The notes under the pieces were generated by a model. That model had not been told where the DNA came from, made no database searches, and saw nothing but the letters and a program-made list of their open reading frames with translations. From Chrysomallon squamiferum (taxonomy: Eukaryota; Animalia; Mollusca), in contig CM022669.1 in NCBI GenBank assembly GCA_012295275.1, forward strand, positions 17,236,001 to 17,300,000: a stretch of 64,000 nt of DNA, read 5' to 3'. A program made the translations under genes and the position numbers. Each line of letters opens with the position of its first letter. Position 1 is the stretch's first letter. Of this stretch, positions 1 through 14,622 are shown piece by piece.

Positions 1-4
1 CGCA

Positions 5-51
<47 letters not shown>

Positions 52-91
52 ATATATATACGATACACACATATATGACAAGTTTACTTAC

Positions 92-164
92 TTTCTGTGA
101 GAGCTTTTGCCAACTCGTTGTCGGTGGAGAAATCTTCATCAACACTCTTTGCTTGGGCCATCAT
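92..164 (-). CDS. Probable first coding part (MMAQAKSVDEDFSTDNELAKALTE) of an unidentified gene that continues off the left edge; the full exon is 92-186
   Basis: Minus strand reads tttttgtcttgcag|AACCTT...ACAGAAA|gtaagtaa, with a canonical acceptor at 187 and a GTAAGT donor at 91. Only one frame is open across the 95-nt exon, with ATGATG at 164. Protein family not recognised. Confidence 0.5.
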
Positions 165-601
165 TGGAGGACCAGGGCGGAAGGTTCTGCAAGACAAAAA
201 TAACAAATCATTGATGAGAATGCGAAAGATATTTGTAAATTTGAAGTGTACTTTTCTTTGTCGTACATAGCAATATTTAAAAACACATTTTACGTACTTC
301 AGATCTTTATTAATAATTAATTACGTTCTGAATTTACACAATAACCTTGTAGTAAGAACTGGTTTGAAAATGTTTAAACATTTAAATAAAAGATATTATA
401 CCACTACCACTACCACTACCACTACCACTACCACTGCTGCTGCTACTACTATTACTACGATTATTATTATTATTGTTGTTGTTGTTGTTGACATCTACCA
501 GTCTAACTACATTTCGTGATGTGATAACAAAAGGATGCACGGATTCCTACCAGTTTGTTGTCAGGGACATATTTTATTATCGTTACATGTTATTATTAGC
601 T

Positions 602-635
<34 letters not shown>

Positions 636-1398
636 TTAAACGAATTACAAATAACCAGAATATGATAGGGTGTAACTTAATGAAATGAAATACGCTAACT
701 GTAATGTTTTATTGTGGCTATAAAATGTTATTGTGCCGTAAGAAATAGGATCGTGATGTTTTCTGTGCTTATCCTGTACAACAAAAAGAAACAGATATGA
801 AAAAAAAAAGAAAAAAAATATATCGAAGTTTTTTTAAAGAAAACAAAATTGTTAGATAAAGTGATAGGTATTTTTGAAAATATAAGTTGTTATGATTTAC
901 CTGGAGGAAAGAAATGATTGATGGAAAGAAAAGATAAAGATGCTATAAGAATAAAAATAATATATTACTGATATACGAAAACTATATAAAATATTATTGA
1001 TATATGGAATTTGTAGTGTACTTTAAAAACTGCCAGTTTCCTGTTATTTCAAATTTAAATAAAATAAAATTAAATAAAATAAAATAAAATAAAATAATAA
1101 ATAAATAAAATAAAAATTATTAAATAACGTAAAAAATGTTACTTAATAACATACTATTTAATACTTTGCAGATACAGAAGTATATTATTCATCTTATAGC
1201 ATTTTTCTATTTGACATTAGTGTATTAAAAAACAAATAAAGATAACCAATAAATAGAAAAAAATATATTTTAATGTGACATAGAAATGATATCAATAACA
1301 GTCTTCATTGAATTATATAGAATTTAAGATGCATTATGAAAAAATATATAATTAGTTATATATAAGCAGGACGTTATAGAATATATGGTGTATCTTAC

Positions 1399-1436
1399 CA
1401 ACAGTTAGTTACTGAAGAAGGGTTGATTAAACATGC
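1399..1436 (-). other. Candidate 38-nt 5' leader exon of the left minus-strand gene
   Basis: Minus strand ttttactttctttcaaag|GCATGTTTAATCAACCCTTCTTCAGTAACTAACTGTTG|gtaaga: polypyrimidine tract, AG acceptor and GTAAGA donor. No transcript evidence. Confidence 0.35.
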
Positions 1437-4400
1437 CTTTGAAAGAAAGTAAAATGATAACAACAACTAAGATATAAGCTATCAAAATGCTCATTCATAT
1501 ACAGTCACTTAATTTAGCGATGTGTCAACAAAGCGATATATCACATCATGGCTTTTTCTTTCTTCTTATTTATTAATTGTTGTTATTGTTTTGTTCTGTG
1601 TTTTTGTGAAGAAAATAAAATCATAAATTACATCTCGTTGTCAAAATAAAATGTTTTCTGTTTGCGAACTAACAAAACTTCAAAAAAAAAAAAAAAAAAA
1701 AAAAAAAATAAATAAATAAAAAATAAAAGAAATATTGATTGATTTTTGTGTTTGTCCATCTCTCTCTTTCTCTCTCTCTTTCAAAAGAAATTATATATCT
1801 ATAAATAAATAATTTCTTTTTTTATATACGTGAAATAAAATATGCTTTAAAAAAAAAAAAATCTGAAATGAAAAATCATTGAAACAATTTTTAATAAAAA
1901 ATGTTTTCAATATGTAAACAAGTGTATCCATGACAATGTCTAGTTATGAATATTTATTTTGAATACTTTAACAAATAACATGAATGTTAGTTAAATCCTA
2001 GGAGTACGTTAGTCATAAAAGAAGGTTATTACAAATTATTATAATTATTTTTGACACTTTCGAATGTAAAATTACAGTCGATATTCTGAGAGTAATTATA
2101 ATCTGCATACATCACTTTGTCAGATACTGCTGTGCACCAAATAACTTTTCACTGGTGAAAATGAACTGAAGCAGTAAAAATCGATACAGACATATAGAAA
2201 ATATTTTTCATTTCACATTCGGCTATCGAAGTCATACAAATACGTTCATATAAAACAGTACAGTTTATCTATAATATTAATGAAATGAATAGGCAAGTCA
2301 CGAATTAATATCAGGCAGTTTACACGTCACTTTCTGTTACCTCTCTAAATATTTGTAACAGATTTTTTAAATGGTTTATCTCGATATAATTTATTTAGAA
2401 TTTTATTATACTTTAATTACGTTATTTTCTAGTTTATCTAAGATAACATCTAAATAAGAAATAAAAGTTAACTGAAATATGAAAAACAAAAATGTATTAT
2501 CTGGACTCAGATAATAATTATGTTTTTCATATTTCAATATGCGGAATAACATTTTTTTTTTTTTTTTTTCCCCTGTGATGTTTCTTTATAGTAAAAATTA
2601 TTTAAAATGTTAAATTTATGACAACCACTGTTTTTGCGACTCGTCTAAAATCCTGGATTCTCCCTTTGACTGAAATTAGTCATACTACTTTTTATGATAA
2701 CTTCCTAATTGATTTGAAGCCATGTGATAATTTACAAAACAGACAACCTAATCGATATGGAATTTCAAAAATTTAATGGGTACGAAGAACTTATTTTATA
2801 TGAAACGCCTTAATTACTGTAACAGAACTTTAAGCTAACCTAAAACATTAAAAAAACATGCAAATATGTCGAAAATACTGAAACAGAACTATTTGGTTTT
2901 GTATTAATAGATGTTCCTTATTTTCTACTATTCTGCATTGCAATATAAATGAATAAAATCATATTACAAATGTTATCTAATTACTACGATCTCCAAGCAC
3001 TACCTGTACAATGGACACGTTCAAAATTTTTCCAGCACGTTGTTCTTTTTTCTTTACTAACCACTCCAGTTAATAAAATTTATATCCCACGAAATAAATT
3101 AAACCACAGTTCAGAAAAACAAACCCGTCCATTCCACAGGAGTGGTTTTTTGGAGTTGTGGTTTCATCGTGGGTATGTTACACAGCCAGTGAACCCACAT
3201 AGCTTCACGTACCTACACAGCAGAGTGAAACTAGTTGTCTCTCATATCGTTATCTCGGGTCTGTTTACACACGCCCTGCCTGACAGGCACTCTAGAAACA
3301 CACACACAAGAAGAAGTGTTGACATTTTACCTATTCGAGTTCTTCGACACCCTTAATGTTTAAACAGAGACGTTCTGCTTTCTCAGTCCGATTACGAAAT
3401 CTTTTGTACATGGGCCGCTAAGTTCATTCGGCAGTGACTTCTTATCACACAATGTTTTGCAAGTATTTGTAAACGTTTGTTTGATTTTTCATTAGATTAT
3501 GATGAAAAAAAAAAAAAGCGAAGAAAGGAATTACAAGAAATGTTTTTAAAATATTTTTGCGACAATGCTATGAATGAGAAAATTGTTAACAGATTATGCT
3601 TAAATTGTAGATTTTAAGTCTTTATATTTACAGATAATTAATACTATAAACATTGCTAGAATGGGTCTTCACTTCAAGTCTGAACTTAATAAAGAGGTTT
3701 TATTTATTTATTTATTTATTATTATTATTATTTATTTTTTTATTATTATTTGAATAATAAATTACTTTTCATTTGCTGCAGTGTCTCAAGGCTTGGGCTG
3801 GGTTAGCCATTAAGCAAAATAAACACGTGCTAAGGGCATGAAGGGAAAGATGGTACCACAGAAATTTTCCACTCCCAGATTTAACACGACTCATGTGGTA
3901 TAGCTGAACCGGCTCTCAAAATAAATGAAAACAATTATATACTGTATATAAATAATTTATTTTCTGGATTATTATTGTTTATATTTTGAATTACATATTA
4001 ATTATTATTATTATTTGGAGGCATCAAAATCTGTCAAGTGTTACGGACATAAATGAGTTCTGTTCAAGGGGCAACAGGATACATGGCTCGGAGGCCAGCT
4101 GATGATGAAAAAACAACAACAATAGGACACGTTAATGTAATTGTTAACATAAACGTGTCACCATAACCATGATGCGTTACTGAACAAACTACAGAAACGT
4201 AGTCGTGTATATCCACAAAACACACACACACCACGGTATGAAAGATTATTATTGTCATCGCGTGAAGAGGAAGATAAAAAGATTAATAGGTACGACCTAT
4301 CGTCGAATGCATAACGAAAACGTGGCCCAGTTATTGAAGCAGAACAATGTGTCAACATACTTCATCGATCTAGCCTGCTGCAACAGTTCTCCCTCGTATT

Positions 4401-4551
4401 TCACGCGTGTGAAATGTAAGTAGAATAAAACATTTAAAAACAGAAAGAAGAATAATTTAAACTCGTAATCAACATCAGTAAGAAAACTCGATATTTTACT
4501 ACATTTGAATAAATAGGAAAAAAAAAAAAAAAAAAAATTACGTCACCCTAC

Positions 4552-4860
4552 CTGACGTTTAGCCATCTTTGTTAAGAAGCAGCTGTTTCGGCGATAAACG
4601 TTTCGACTGACGTCTGCCTCCGTTGAAAACAGACGACCAAAAACCGTTCGGCTGATCGATCCGATCCCGCCAAGTATTGAATGGATCTATGTGACGACGA
4701 GATGTCGGTTTTCGAACGACACACTGGCTAGCGTTACGTACAGTCTGTGTTCAGCACAGCGTAACAGCTGATGTCAGATTAAAAAAACGTAGTAAGTGCC
4801 ACCTGGGGTCAGCCCAGAAGGTCCACAGATAAAAACGGGGACTCGAAAACCTTCTCAAGC
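4552..4860 (-). promoter_or_regulatory. CpG-rich candidate promoter/first exon (minus strand) ending in CAG|gtaggg
   Basis: Locally GC- and CpG-rich island. YY1-like AAGATGGC (plus strand gccatctt, 4562-4569), TGACGT CRE-like half sites, donor at 4551, and ATG GCT AAA CGT CAG just before the donor. Confidence 0.4.
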
Positions 4861-5121
4861 AACAACTTAAATTCAGTGAACACCACATTATAGAGCTATT
4901 ATGTTTTTTGTTTTATTGTAAATGAACGCCTACGCAAACAATCCCCTTTGCATAAACCACCATTTTTTTTTTTTTGCTAAAAGAGAGATACATACTTACA
5001 TATACACCCATAAATAAAGTAGCAGTATTCTTGATAAAATTATGTTTCGTATTTGTGTCTCTCTCTCTTTCTATATATATATATATATATAAATAAATAG
5101 ATATAGATTTATATGTATATA

Positions 5122-5173
<52 letters not shown>

Positions 5174-6702
5174 TATATATGTATATATGTGTGTGTGTGT
5201 ATATATATACACACACAGACACACACACACACATATACATACAAAAGAAAGAGAGAAAGAAAGTATATTTGTGATTGTGTATATGTTGTGTGTAGTTATA
5301 AAAACAAAGATCCCGTATCGTAGAAAAATTCAGATTGTGTACCTGAAAACGACAGATCTTCCGTAGATGCTTCATCCATTGAAGGAATAATATTTAAAAA
5401 AAAAATCCGTTACTGGCTTCACACTTTAGACAAAAACCCAAAGTGTTGCGACATGTATATTTTCCATTCAGATCTATAACAAACTATAACCCAAACACGT
5501 GATTCCTGAATATAGGAAAGATTTCACACCCACTTGAGATTATTTCGGTCAGTCAGCTATTATTTATTACGGTCGTAACATATCATAATATTGTACAAAA
5601 CGGGTTATCTATACAATAACACAATGTTCGTAATGGTAAAGCATATATCAGTCCACTTTAACAACTCAAACAAAAGAAAAGAAAAGAAATGACAACAGCA
5701 CAGAAATAACAAGACAGATAACACTATATAAAACAAAATATCTTTTTTGAAATAATAATAATAATAATAATAATAATGAAGATGATGATGACAATAAACA
5801 ACCAAAATTAAAATTTAGAGGGTATTGCTTTTTTATTTTTTTTCAGTAACGAGGAACTACGCTCTCCTTGCATATTCACAATAAGAAGATGACAAAGAAT
5901 TAAAAATGGCTGTCTACAGTTTATCAACCCACATTTTGTTAATGACCCCGAGACAAATACGGGGACACATGTAGAAACATTTAGCGTGACCCACGACAGA
6001 AGAGATATTTCATTTCAGAGTCAGCGATGCGTTGAGCAGAACACGCTATATTTGTGTGTGGTTTTCATGTCATGTCATTTTGAACAAAAGAAGCACTGGA
6101 TATACATATGCCGCATGTTAATAAGTTACACTATAAATGGTATTTACGTCGATCGTAGAGGATTTAGTTCTCTAACAGTACTCAAATACACGAATGCGTA
6201 ACCATTAAAAAAACATGCTCGTGTTCACAGACATGAATAGGTCAATCAAAAACCGATTTGGAAAGGAGAATTAAGTTACTGAAATACACCTCTGCTCGAC
6301 ATATATTTGTTGTTTGTAACTGTAGAACGACAAACTGGCATAGATCGGCATATGAACTAATATCACTGTATATATATATATATATATATATATATCTATA
6401 ATTAAACACATATACACACGCACACGTACATACATACATAAATAGATACTAACAGATTAGTGTCACATGACAGTCCTAATTACCAATGACTGATTTAAGA
6501 AAATCCATTTTATACAATGACTTTTTGAAAATAGTCTGTTGAAATGAATCAGTATGTAAAGCAGGCAATAATGGAAATATAACGTGCTTCATTCAAATTT
6601 ATTTTGTTTAACATTAAGACACACTGATTGATTTTTTATGTCGAATAATGTTCAGAGATTTCACCAATGCATATGCATGGGATAAATAGACTGATTATTA
6701 TT

Positions 6703-6742
<40 letters not shown>

Positions 6743-9700
6743 TGTTGTTGTTGTAGTTACTGTCGTTGTTGCTGCTGCTACTATTATTAAGAGTTAAAAG
6801 GAAATGTTTAAATATATTTTGTATACTCTGAAGTAACTGTTTTGTATTTCTGCCAGGGAAAATATTTTGTTTTTGACGACAGTGTTGGTTCTTCCTTTTC
6901 GTTTAGATCTATGATTAATTTGATTTTTAAAGACCTGTTTGTAGAAAAATTAATATTTTAATGACTGAAGTATCTGCAATCATTTTGCATACATAACAAC
7001 GTATGCCGGTATGAATTTATATAACTGTCTGTCAGTGTTTTAACCATACTGCAACAGCATCTCGAACCTGAGAACTGACTGCTACAAAACTCGCGTCCTC
7101 AAAAACGCGATTAATGTACGTATCTAAATAATGCATGTCAGAAGTGAATATATAATTAATTCCCTGCGATATAATGGATGCTTCGTAAACAATCAACGCT
7201 TCACTGACTCCATTCAGCTCACTGCATGCGCAAACAAAACATGATGAAAATAATATCCTGCTCAGAATTATATTTAGTAGATAGGTGCACAGGTTCATGC
7301 ATAAGAAAAACTGAAACTAATGCATGCAGCTGTGAAATGATAAAAAAAAAAAAAAAAAAGGAACATTCAAAAATGATTTGCCTGCAAAAATATTAAATTT
7401 AATAAATAAATAAAAATATTCAAAAAATATATTTATAGAAGACATAAAATATGGAATTTCCGTGTAGTTTTAAAAATACATTTTTAAAAATGTCATTTCC
7501 CCTCATGATCGTTCTTTCATCTTTGCCTCATAATTAAGTGCAAAAGGATGTAATGATTAATTAATACGCATTTGATATTTTAAATAGTAATAATAAGAAG
7601 AAGATGAAGAAGTAGAAAGAAAACTTACGATAATAATGAAGATGGAAAAGAAAAATATAATGCTAAGAAAAAGACGAAGAAACAACAAAAGGCATTAATT
7701 CCACAGTAATAGAAGTGACTGCAGAAGCAACAGGCTAATAACCAGTTAAAACAATTTAATCATTGATGTAGTTGCGGTCTTAGCAATTATTAAATAAACA
7801 GATGAATATAACTGTTGTTCTTAAGCTGGAAGCAACAACATCAACAACAAATCAACTCGATAAAACATGCATTATCAAAATTTCCTTATTTATAAGTAAA
7901 AACCTTACTCAGCGCTTCAGTAGTAAAATAAAACCGTTAACCCATAACCTGTTATAAATCATGCCAAGCTTTTCATTTAGTTCATATTTAAATTACCTTT
8001 CTTTTTCACCATAGGTGAGACGGAAACTAGGTTTGTTTAGTTTACCTGTGCCTAAAGATAAATTTACCTGAAGATACAATACAGCTAATTTTTTAACTGA
8101 ATATACAGTCAGTAACTATTTTTGCATACAAGGTTATTACAACATTTGGTTACGCACACGTTCGTGTGAATATTGATTCTTAAAAAGAGTTCATGCAACA
8201 GCTGTTGGCAAACGTCCAACGCATTAAAATAATTATTACAGTGCATAAAGAGGTTTTATTTTTAATTTTAATGTTCCTGTTAAAGTGTCATAATCAGTGT
8301 GTGTAGCTGCTGAATTCCGGGAAAATATGAAATTTTAAATTTATGAATGGATTAGAATAAAAAATAAATAAAATTTTGTAGGCAATTATAATACCGTATT
8401 GCACTGTTGCCAAGAAGTCTCGATAGTTAAGCTGGATTTTTTAACGTATGCAAATAACCACAATATATTCAACAAATGGTGAAATAATATACGTTGTTAA
8501 ACATTTTCAGAAATCGTGTAAAAGATAGATTAAATTGAAAAAAATTAAATTATTAGGTAGTAGTATATTGAGTACTTTTGATAAATTTAAAACGAAAATT
8601 CTTCGACATACTTGTTAGAAAACATTATATATTCGATCTAATCTTTATGACAAAAAAAAAAAAAGAAAAAAAAAAGGAAATGCAAATGTTATCGTTGCTG
8701 TAAGCTGTCGTTGCTATATGTTTTATTTATTTAAGAGTGGTGAAAGTAAAGTACGTACTTGAAATAACTACGATATGTAAAAATGCTTGTTTATGGACTA
8801 GTTATTACCGTACAGGTGTATAATACATATTGCTATATAATATACCGGTAGTATCATTATAATCTGAATATTTTCAGTACTGTGTTATATATATTACAAA
8901 TAAATTAAATTCTTATTATAAAACGACTGATAGAGAATAATAACAACAACAATAATAATAATAAAATCAGAACTTAAAATTAACAAGTAAAAAATAATTT
9001 AAAAAACAAAACAACATTTAAAAAAAATGTGAATTACACATATACATACATACTAACATACATAAAGACAGTCACACACACACACTCTCTCTCTATCTGT
9101 CTATCTACACACACACAAACATATATGCACCATACAGATAATTATATCCATACATAGTACAATATTTATTTATCCATTTTGTTGTATTTTCTTTATTGTT
9201 GTGGTTAATTACAGTTTTTGCACACAACGTTATAACTATTAGGCATTTAAAAAATTTCATCGTGTTTTTAAAACCGATCTTGTCAGTTAAACAGAATCTT
9301 CCAAATCATGTTAATAATATATTATTAAATGCCTTTCCACTTCACATTTTATCGAAATCGACGAATATCGATTTAAAAGCAATAAAAAAAAAAACTGTCT
9401 AGACAGGTTTTGCAAAGTACATAATCATTAAATTACAGAAAGTAAAATTAAAACGCAGACACTTGTATATAAAAGGACCAACAGGATTAATTTTCTACTA
9501 CGAATAAACCTAATTTTTAATGGACTTTTTTTCCTTACATACACGAGTGTTTGTGTTGTGTAGGTATGTGTGTCATAAAAAGCAAGTAACAGTTACATAT
9601 GTCATTAAATACAGCAGTTTTGAAACGCCAATGCTGTATTTAATGTATATTTTAGACGTTAATAATAATAATAATAATAATAATAAATTTAAAAAAAAAA

Positions 9701-10425
9701 TAATAATAATAATAATAATATTTTTAGAAAGGTAATAAAATATTATTTTAATACTTGTTTCACATAGAACAGCTTCACTGTGTAAAATAACATACGACCT
9801 GATCAGATGATAAAAATTCAAACTGTCGATGTTTGGTAACGCTGTAAATGTACCGGAGGGTAAATAAAAAGTACCTTTCATCTTTCTGGCCGCACCAGTA
9901 TAACTGACGCCGTTAGTAATATTATTTGTTTCCTCTCTACATAAATATTTATGTTATGAAGAGAATATTGACCTCGCTGTGTAATAAACTGTGTAGGTGA
10001 CGCTGTCTGTGTAATATAACTCGGTAATAACACAACAAATATAAACTCAAAGGTTCGAGATCAGTGTAGATCGTCCATTACTGTTAACAGTGCAAGTGTA
10101 GCTATAGTCATAATAAAGCTGTGCATTTTAATTCTTCTGTTATATATCTATAATACATTCTTCTCTATAATGTTATCCTACAGTTTAAAAGAATAAATTA
10201 ATTGTCATTGTCATTGGTGGGATGACTTCCTAGCGCCCGGTTTTCGTTTAAAAACTGATACGTTTTAACGCAAAATATAAGCTTTTTTTTTAAAAGCATG
10301 TTTTCTGTTACGTCATTAAATCTAACGTTTTCCGTGATAATCTTGCATTCTTTTACCTGATTTAACGATATAAGGGAACATTTTATTATTAATAATTGCT
10401 AACACAAACACACACACACACACAA

Positions 10426-10471
<46 letters not shown>

Positions 10472-10547
10472 CAGCCCGTAGACATTGATTGGAACGGGAA
10501 ATATGATAATGGACGGTTTATCCTCGACCATTGGCTTCTGAAATAAG

Positions 10548-10588
10548 CAGCGAGTCTACAGCGAGTCTACAGCGAGTCTACAGCGAGT
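10548..10588. repeat. 11-bp tandem repeat (CAGCGAGTCTA) x3.7
   Basis: Read directly: cagcgagtcta x3 followed by cagcgagt. Confidence 0.9.
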
Positions 10589-12230
10589 TTGCATGAATAG
10601 AACAGGCTATTCCATTTGTTTATTTCAAACACAAGAATTGCAAATACAATTTGAAAAAGAAAAGAAATATTATATTACCACAGTAATTCATAGGGAAAAA
10701 AAATAATAAAACATTCTATTCGTATTATTCAAGTCAGCCCAAACTGTCACCATTTTAATTTGCTCGGAGTCATACGATATATTACAAACGTTAGGTGTGT
10801 CATTTAAAAAACACTGAAGAAAAACACTGTGCTGGCAAGGTTACAGTTTATGAATCCGGGTTCAAATTTCTCTACATTTAAAAAAAAATATATATATTTT
10901 AGGATATACTTACTTAATATATTCATCAGTTTTTAACACTGCCTGCATTATTAAGTAAGTAAATAGTTTCCAACGGTTAAAAGTGTAAACAGTTATATGA
11001 TGTTGTATACAAAATAAGAAATATTGTGATACAGCATTTTAATATATTTATAATTACAATTGTTGAAAATTCAAAATATTAATGTACAAAATAAAATAAA
11101 TATATAAAGAGTCTAAAAAAACAAAACCCAAAAAGTTAAAAAGATACGTTTTTTTTTTCTTTATATTAATAATAATTTATTTATTTTCTTTATATTAATA
11201 ATAATGATAATAATAATATTATCATCATCATCATCATGAAATTATTGTTTGTTTTTATTTTTTCACCGAAGACGATTTTCACTGAGGATGAAACTATTTA
11301 TGGTATGTTTGAATGGTAAAACAAGATACATGTATACGACAACTAGATTTCATTTCTACAAAATTTGATACAGCGTCACCTGGTAACTCAGACTGGTCAA
11401 ATTACAAAGAAGATAGCAACAGTAGTAGAGCTTGTTTGATTCCGATCAGCATCTATTACTATGGCTGAGAGACACAGACATTCAGACAGATATGTCGAGA
11501 GAGAAAGAGAGAGATATTGAGATAAAGACGTAAGAGATGAGCAAAAACGGTCTGGAGAGAAAGAGATTAATAAGATTTAGGTATTATTTTAAAAATAAAA
11601 TACTAATTATTATAAATATTATTAATTTCCATCATCATCATTTACAAATGCAACCTAAATTGAGCAAAATATAAATAATAACAATATAAAAACATAAAAA
11701 TGAAATAATCAACTAAAATAAACATCCGAAATATTTAAAAAATGACAGTGCAATTCATAAACTCAGTAAAAAAAAAAAAAAAAAAACCCACCTAAAAGTC
11801 TATTTGCTATTAAAGATTTCATTTTACAAGAAGAAGATGAAAATCATACCTGCTCTTCAAGTCTTTTTTCTGTATTTAAGTTGTTAAAATTAACGCGAGA
11901 AGCCCATGCATCAGACAAAGGCCTTTGTGTCAAACTGTTGCGCTACTTTATAATTTTGATATCGTTCAATAACAGATGATGTTCTTTGTGTTAACCACGG
12001 CTTGGTTAACGTATCGTTACCGAGACCCGGTTCAATTATACCGCTATGAACAAAGACTTGACTTAAAATAAAATAAAATTATTATATGATCTCATCAAAT
12101 TTATAAATAAGTTATTAGTAAAATTGTCTTTCTCTTTCTTCTTTTTCTTTTTCGTATTGTTATTGTTTCTTTTACGTTACTTTACTTTTATTAATTAATT
12201 TATTATTATTATTATTATTATTATTTATTA

Positions 12231-12277
<47 letters not shown>

Positions 12278-12699
12278 TTTGTAATTGTCTGAGTCTGTAG
12301 CTTTTAATTTTTTTGTTCTTAATTTACACAGACAAAGGCCTTTATTCCAACTAATCCTTGTACTAATACTATTTAATAAAAAACAATTAAACTCAGGTTT
12401 GAAAACGAATAATTTACACTGACTGTTAATATCTTTTAATTTTATGTAATTTGAAAATATCTTACGCTATAATTAGTATCCCGAGTTCAAAATAAAAAGC
12501 AATAATAGCTTCTGAAGTTTACTATGTCACTGTTTATACAAGAGAGTTGAAATGTGATTCTATCCACTAAAGATTTATGTCTGTGTGACGTGGGCACACA
12601 ATTCATGAGTCAGTTTTGTCTTCCCACGTTAGTATGTTAGTAGATTAGTTACAAGGGAAGTGTAAAGATTTTACCTCTTTCCAGTTAACGCTAGATGTA

Positions 12700-12772
12700 C
12701 GATGATAGCGGGTATCGATATTTGTATCTGCCTGTAAGTCTTGTGGCCAGCAGTTTTACCGCTACGCCACTG
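12700..12772 (-). mobile_element. Possible degenerate tRNA-derived SINE head
   Basis: Minus strand begins CAGTGGCGTAGCGGTAAAA (pol III A-box-like), with a degraded B-box-like ATCGATACCCG about 50 nt downstream. No intact cloverleaf. Confidence 0.3.
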
Positions 12773-13844
12773 ACTTTGTTAAAATGATAAAGATCAACCG
12801 CATTATACATACATATATATATATATATATACAAAAATATTTTTTTTAAAAATGCATTGCATTTTGTTGTCATTTCATTCTTCTTCTTTTACTTTATTTA
12901 AAGTGTCTCATCTAATAGGTAATGATAGGGCGAAATGGAGATGTCTTTGTATTCAATTACAAAAAATGACAACTATTGTTATTTAACGTTTGAAATTCTG
13001 TTTTCAGGATAGTGTAGCTTGACAAAGAGCTGAAGAATAAGAAAGAGATTTTGTGTTTGATAGGAGCAAAATTTAAACCGTCTAAAGAAACCAACAAAGT
13101 ATCAACAAAAACAACATTATGAAAACGAAATGCACATGTACTTGCAAAAGCATCGGTAGATGATGATATTACAGTAACATTGATTGTGTAATACTGACTG
13201 TATCATGCTTACGAAATCGACTGGTTATTCCGGTTTGAAAATTATATTAAAGCCAACAAAGCGTAACGATTCCGTACAGTACGGTGTTTATTAAACGGGT
13301 ACACGCGATAACAAAAGTAAAACGTACACAAAACGCTAGGTGCCATAAATACGTGTTGTTGTTGACAACATGATTAGGACTGCGACGACCACAGACTCAC
13401 TATTTGCGACTGGATTCTGACTGTGTGCTCAGGTTAAACACTCTGAATCGTGAGTTTTAGACAAACGCGAAGACGAACTGATTTTGTACGAATAAAAGAT
13501 GAGCGGATCAATAATGTTAGCCCGACCTGGACTAGCAGACGACAGCGAAAACAACCATCGAGCCTTTATAAACACTCCGTAAAACTCTGCCTCGAAGCGT
13601 TAATTAAGCCAGTATTTATGAACAGACGACAGGTGTTTAGGTCACATGATCTAGTTCATCATTTCATTTATCTGTACTAGACTTAAAAATACGGAAACAT
13701 TTATCAATACTCTTTAAATAATCCCTGACCCAGACGATTTTAATTTTAATATTTCAATTAGACTGGGATCACAGACGCGTCTGACAGTGTATAAATAAAC
13801 GTTATCTGACTGCTTTTCAAAATCGTAGACGTAAATCGACTTAC

Positions 13845-13960
13845 CTTTTAACTCCGCCAGATAAGGGTAACCTCTTTTCGTTACATCTTAATCGTGTATT
13901 ATTCGCGACTGTCCACAACGTGCTTTTGTCAGTGTGAGACAAACTGCGCATGCTCCACCA
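13845..13960 (-). promoter_or_regulatory. Candidate distal first (non-coding) exon and promoter of the minus-strand gene
   Basis: Strong donor AAG|GTAAGT (13844-13839) in CpG-rich surroundings, with an NRF1/EWG-like TGCGCATGCT at 13945-13954. Confidence 0.45.
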
Positions 13961-14559
13961 TCCAGTGTTTGAGGTCAGGCCGTGACACAGTAATACCGTA
14001 ATAAAAGCAGTAAGCTATTCAAGAATTTGACATTTACTTTCAGCGGAGGGAATTTACCGTAACATTAGAACATGTTTAGCGATCGTACGTAAATAATATA
14101 GTTTAATGTCCATCATCAGTGGAAACACTGTGCGACGTTGACATTCAACGCAACCGCATCCAGTAGCTGAATATTTTATAATGGTACCGTATAACGTGAA
14201 ATCTGAGACTGATATTAATGCATTTGGAATGTCAAGTACGTACGTTATCATTGCTTATTCTGTGACATACTGTGATTATTTCACAGTAATTGTCTTTGTG
14301 GAATGAGACAGTGCTAACACAATGTATGACAATGTCAATAGCCAGTAATATAATTATCAGACAAAATGTAACAATAATATTTCCAAAAATTATAGTATTT
14401 ATTATATTATATTATAGGCATTTTGTTTTGGTTTTATTTTATAAACAATTATTATTATTATTAATGTTTTTGTTGTTGTTGTTTTTGTTCAGTATGAGTT
14501 AAATTTTAAAAGAAAAAAGGCAAAAAATGAAATGATAAAATAAATGTATTATTTGGATC

Positions 14560-14561
<2 letters not shown>

Positions 14562-14620
<59 letters not shown>
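14562..14620. repeat. (CT)n microsatellite, representative of many (CA)n/(CT)n/(TA)n/(TAA)n tracts (e.g. 9-50, 17481-17598, 26107-26180, 26599-26678, 40973-41019, 46207-46290)
   Basis: Read directly. Confidence 0.95.

Positions 14621-14622
<2 letters not shown>

Noticed and set aside
186-1399. In-frame TGA after Cys (C-U) at the predicted exon junction suggested a selenoprotein
   Set aside because: No selenoprotein homology recognised, the SECIS region is outside the window, and the exons are unverified. A uORF stop is the simpler explanation.
2949-3356. 135-aa plus-strand ORF
   Set aside because: No recognisable domain, no convincing splice sites, and antisense within the left gene's intron. 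More likely a CpG-retaining regulatory patch.
4913-5375. Overlapping ORFs rich in YI/CV/HT repeats (also 17350-17634, 34517-34771, 62378-62790 and others)
   Set aside because: These are translations of (TA)n/(CA)n/(CAT)n/(TAT)n microsatellites.
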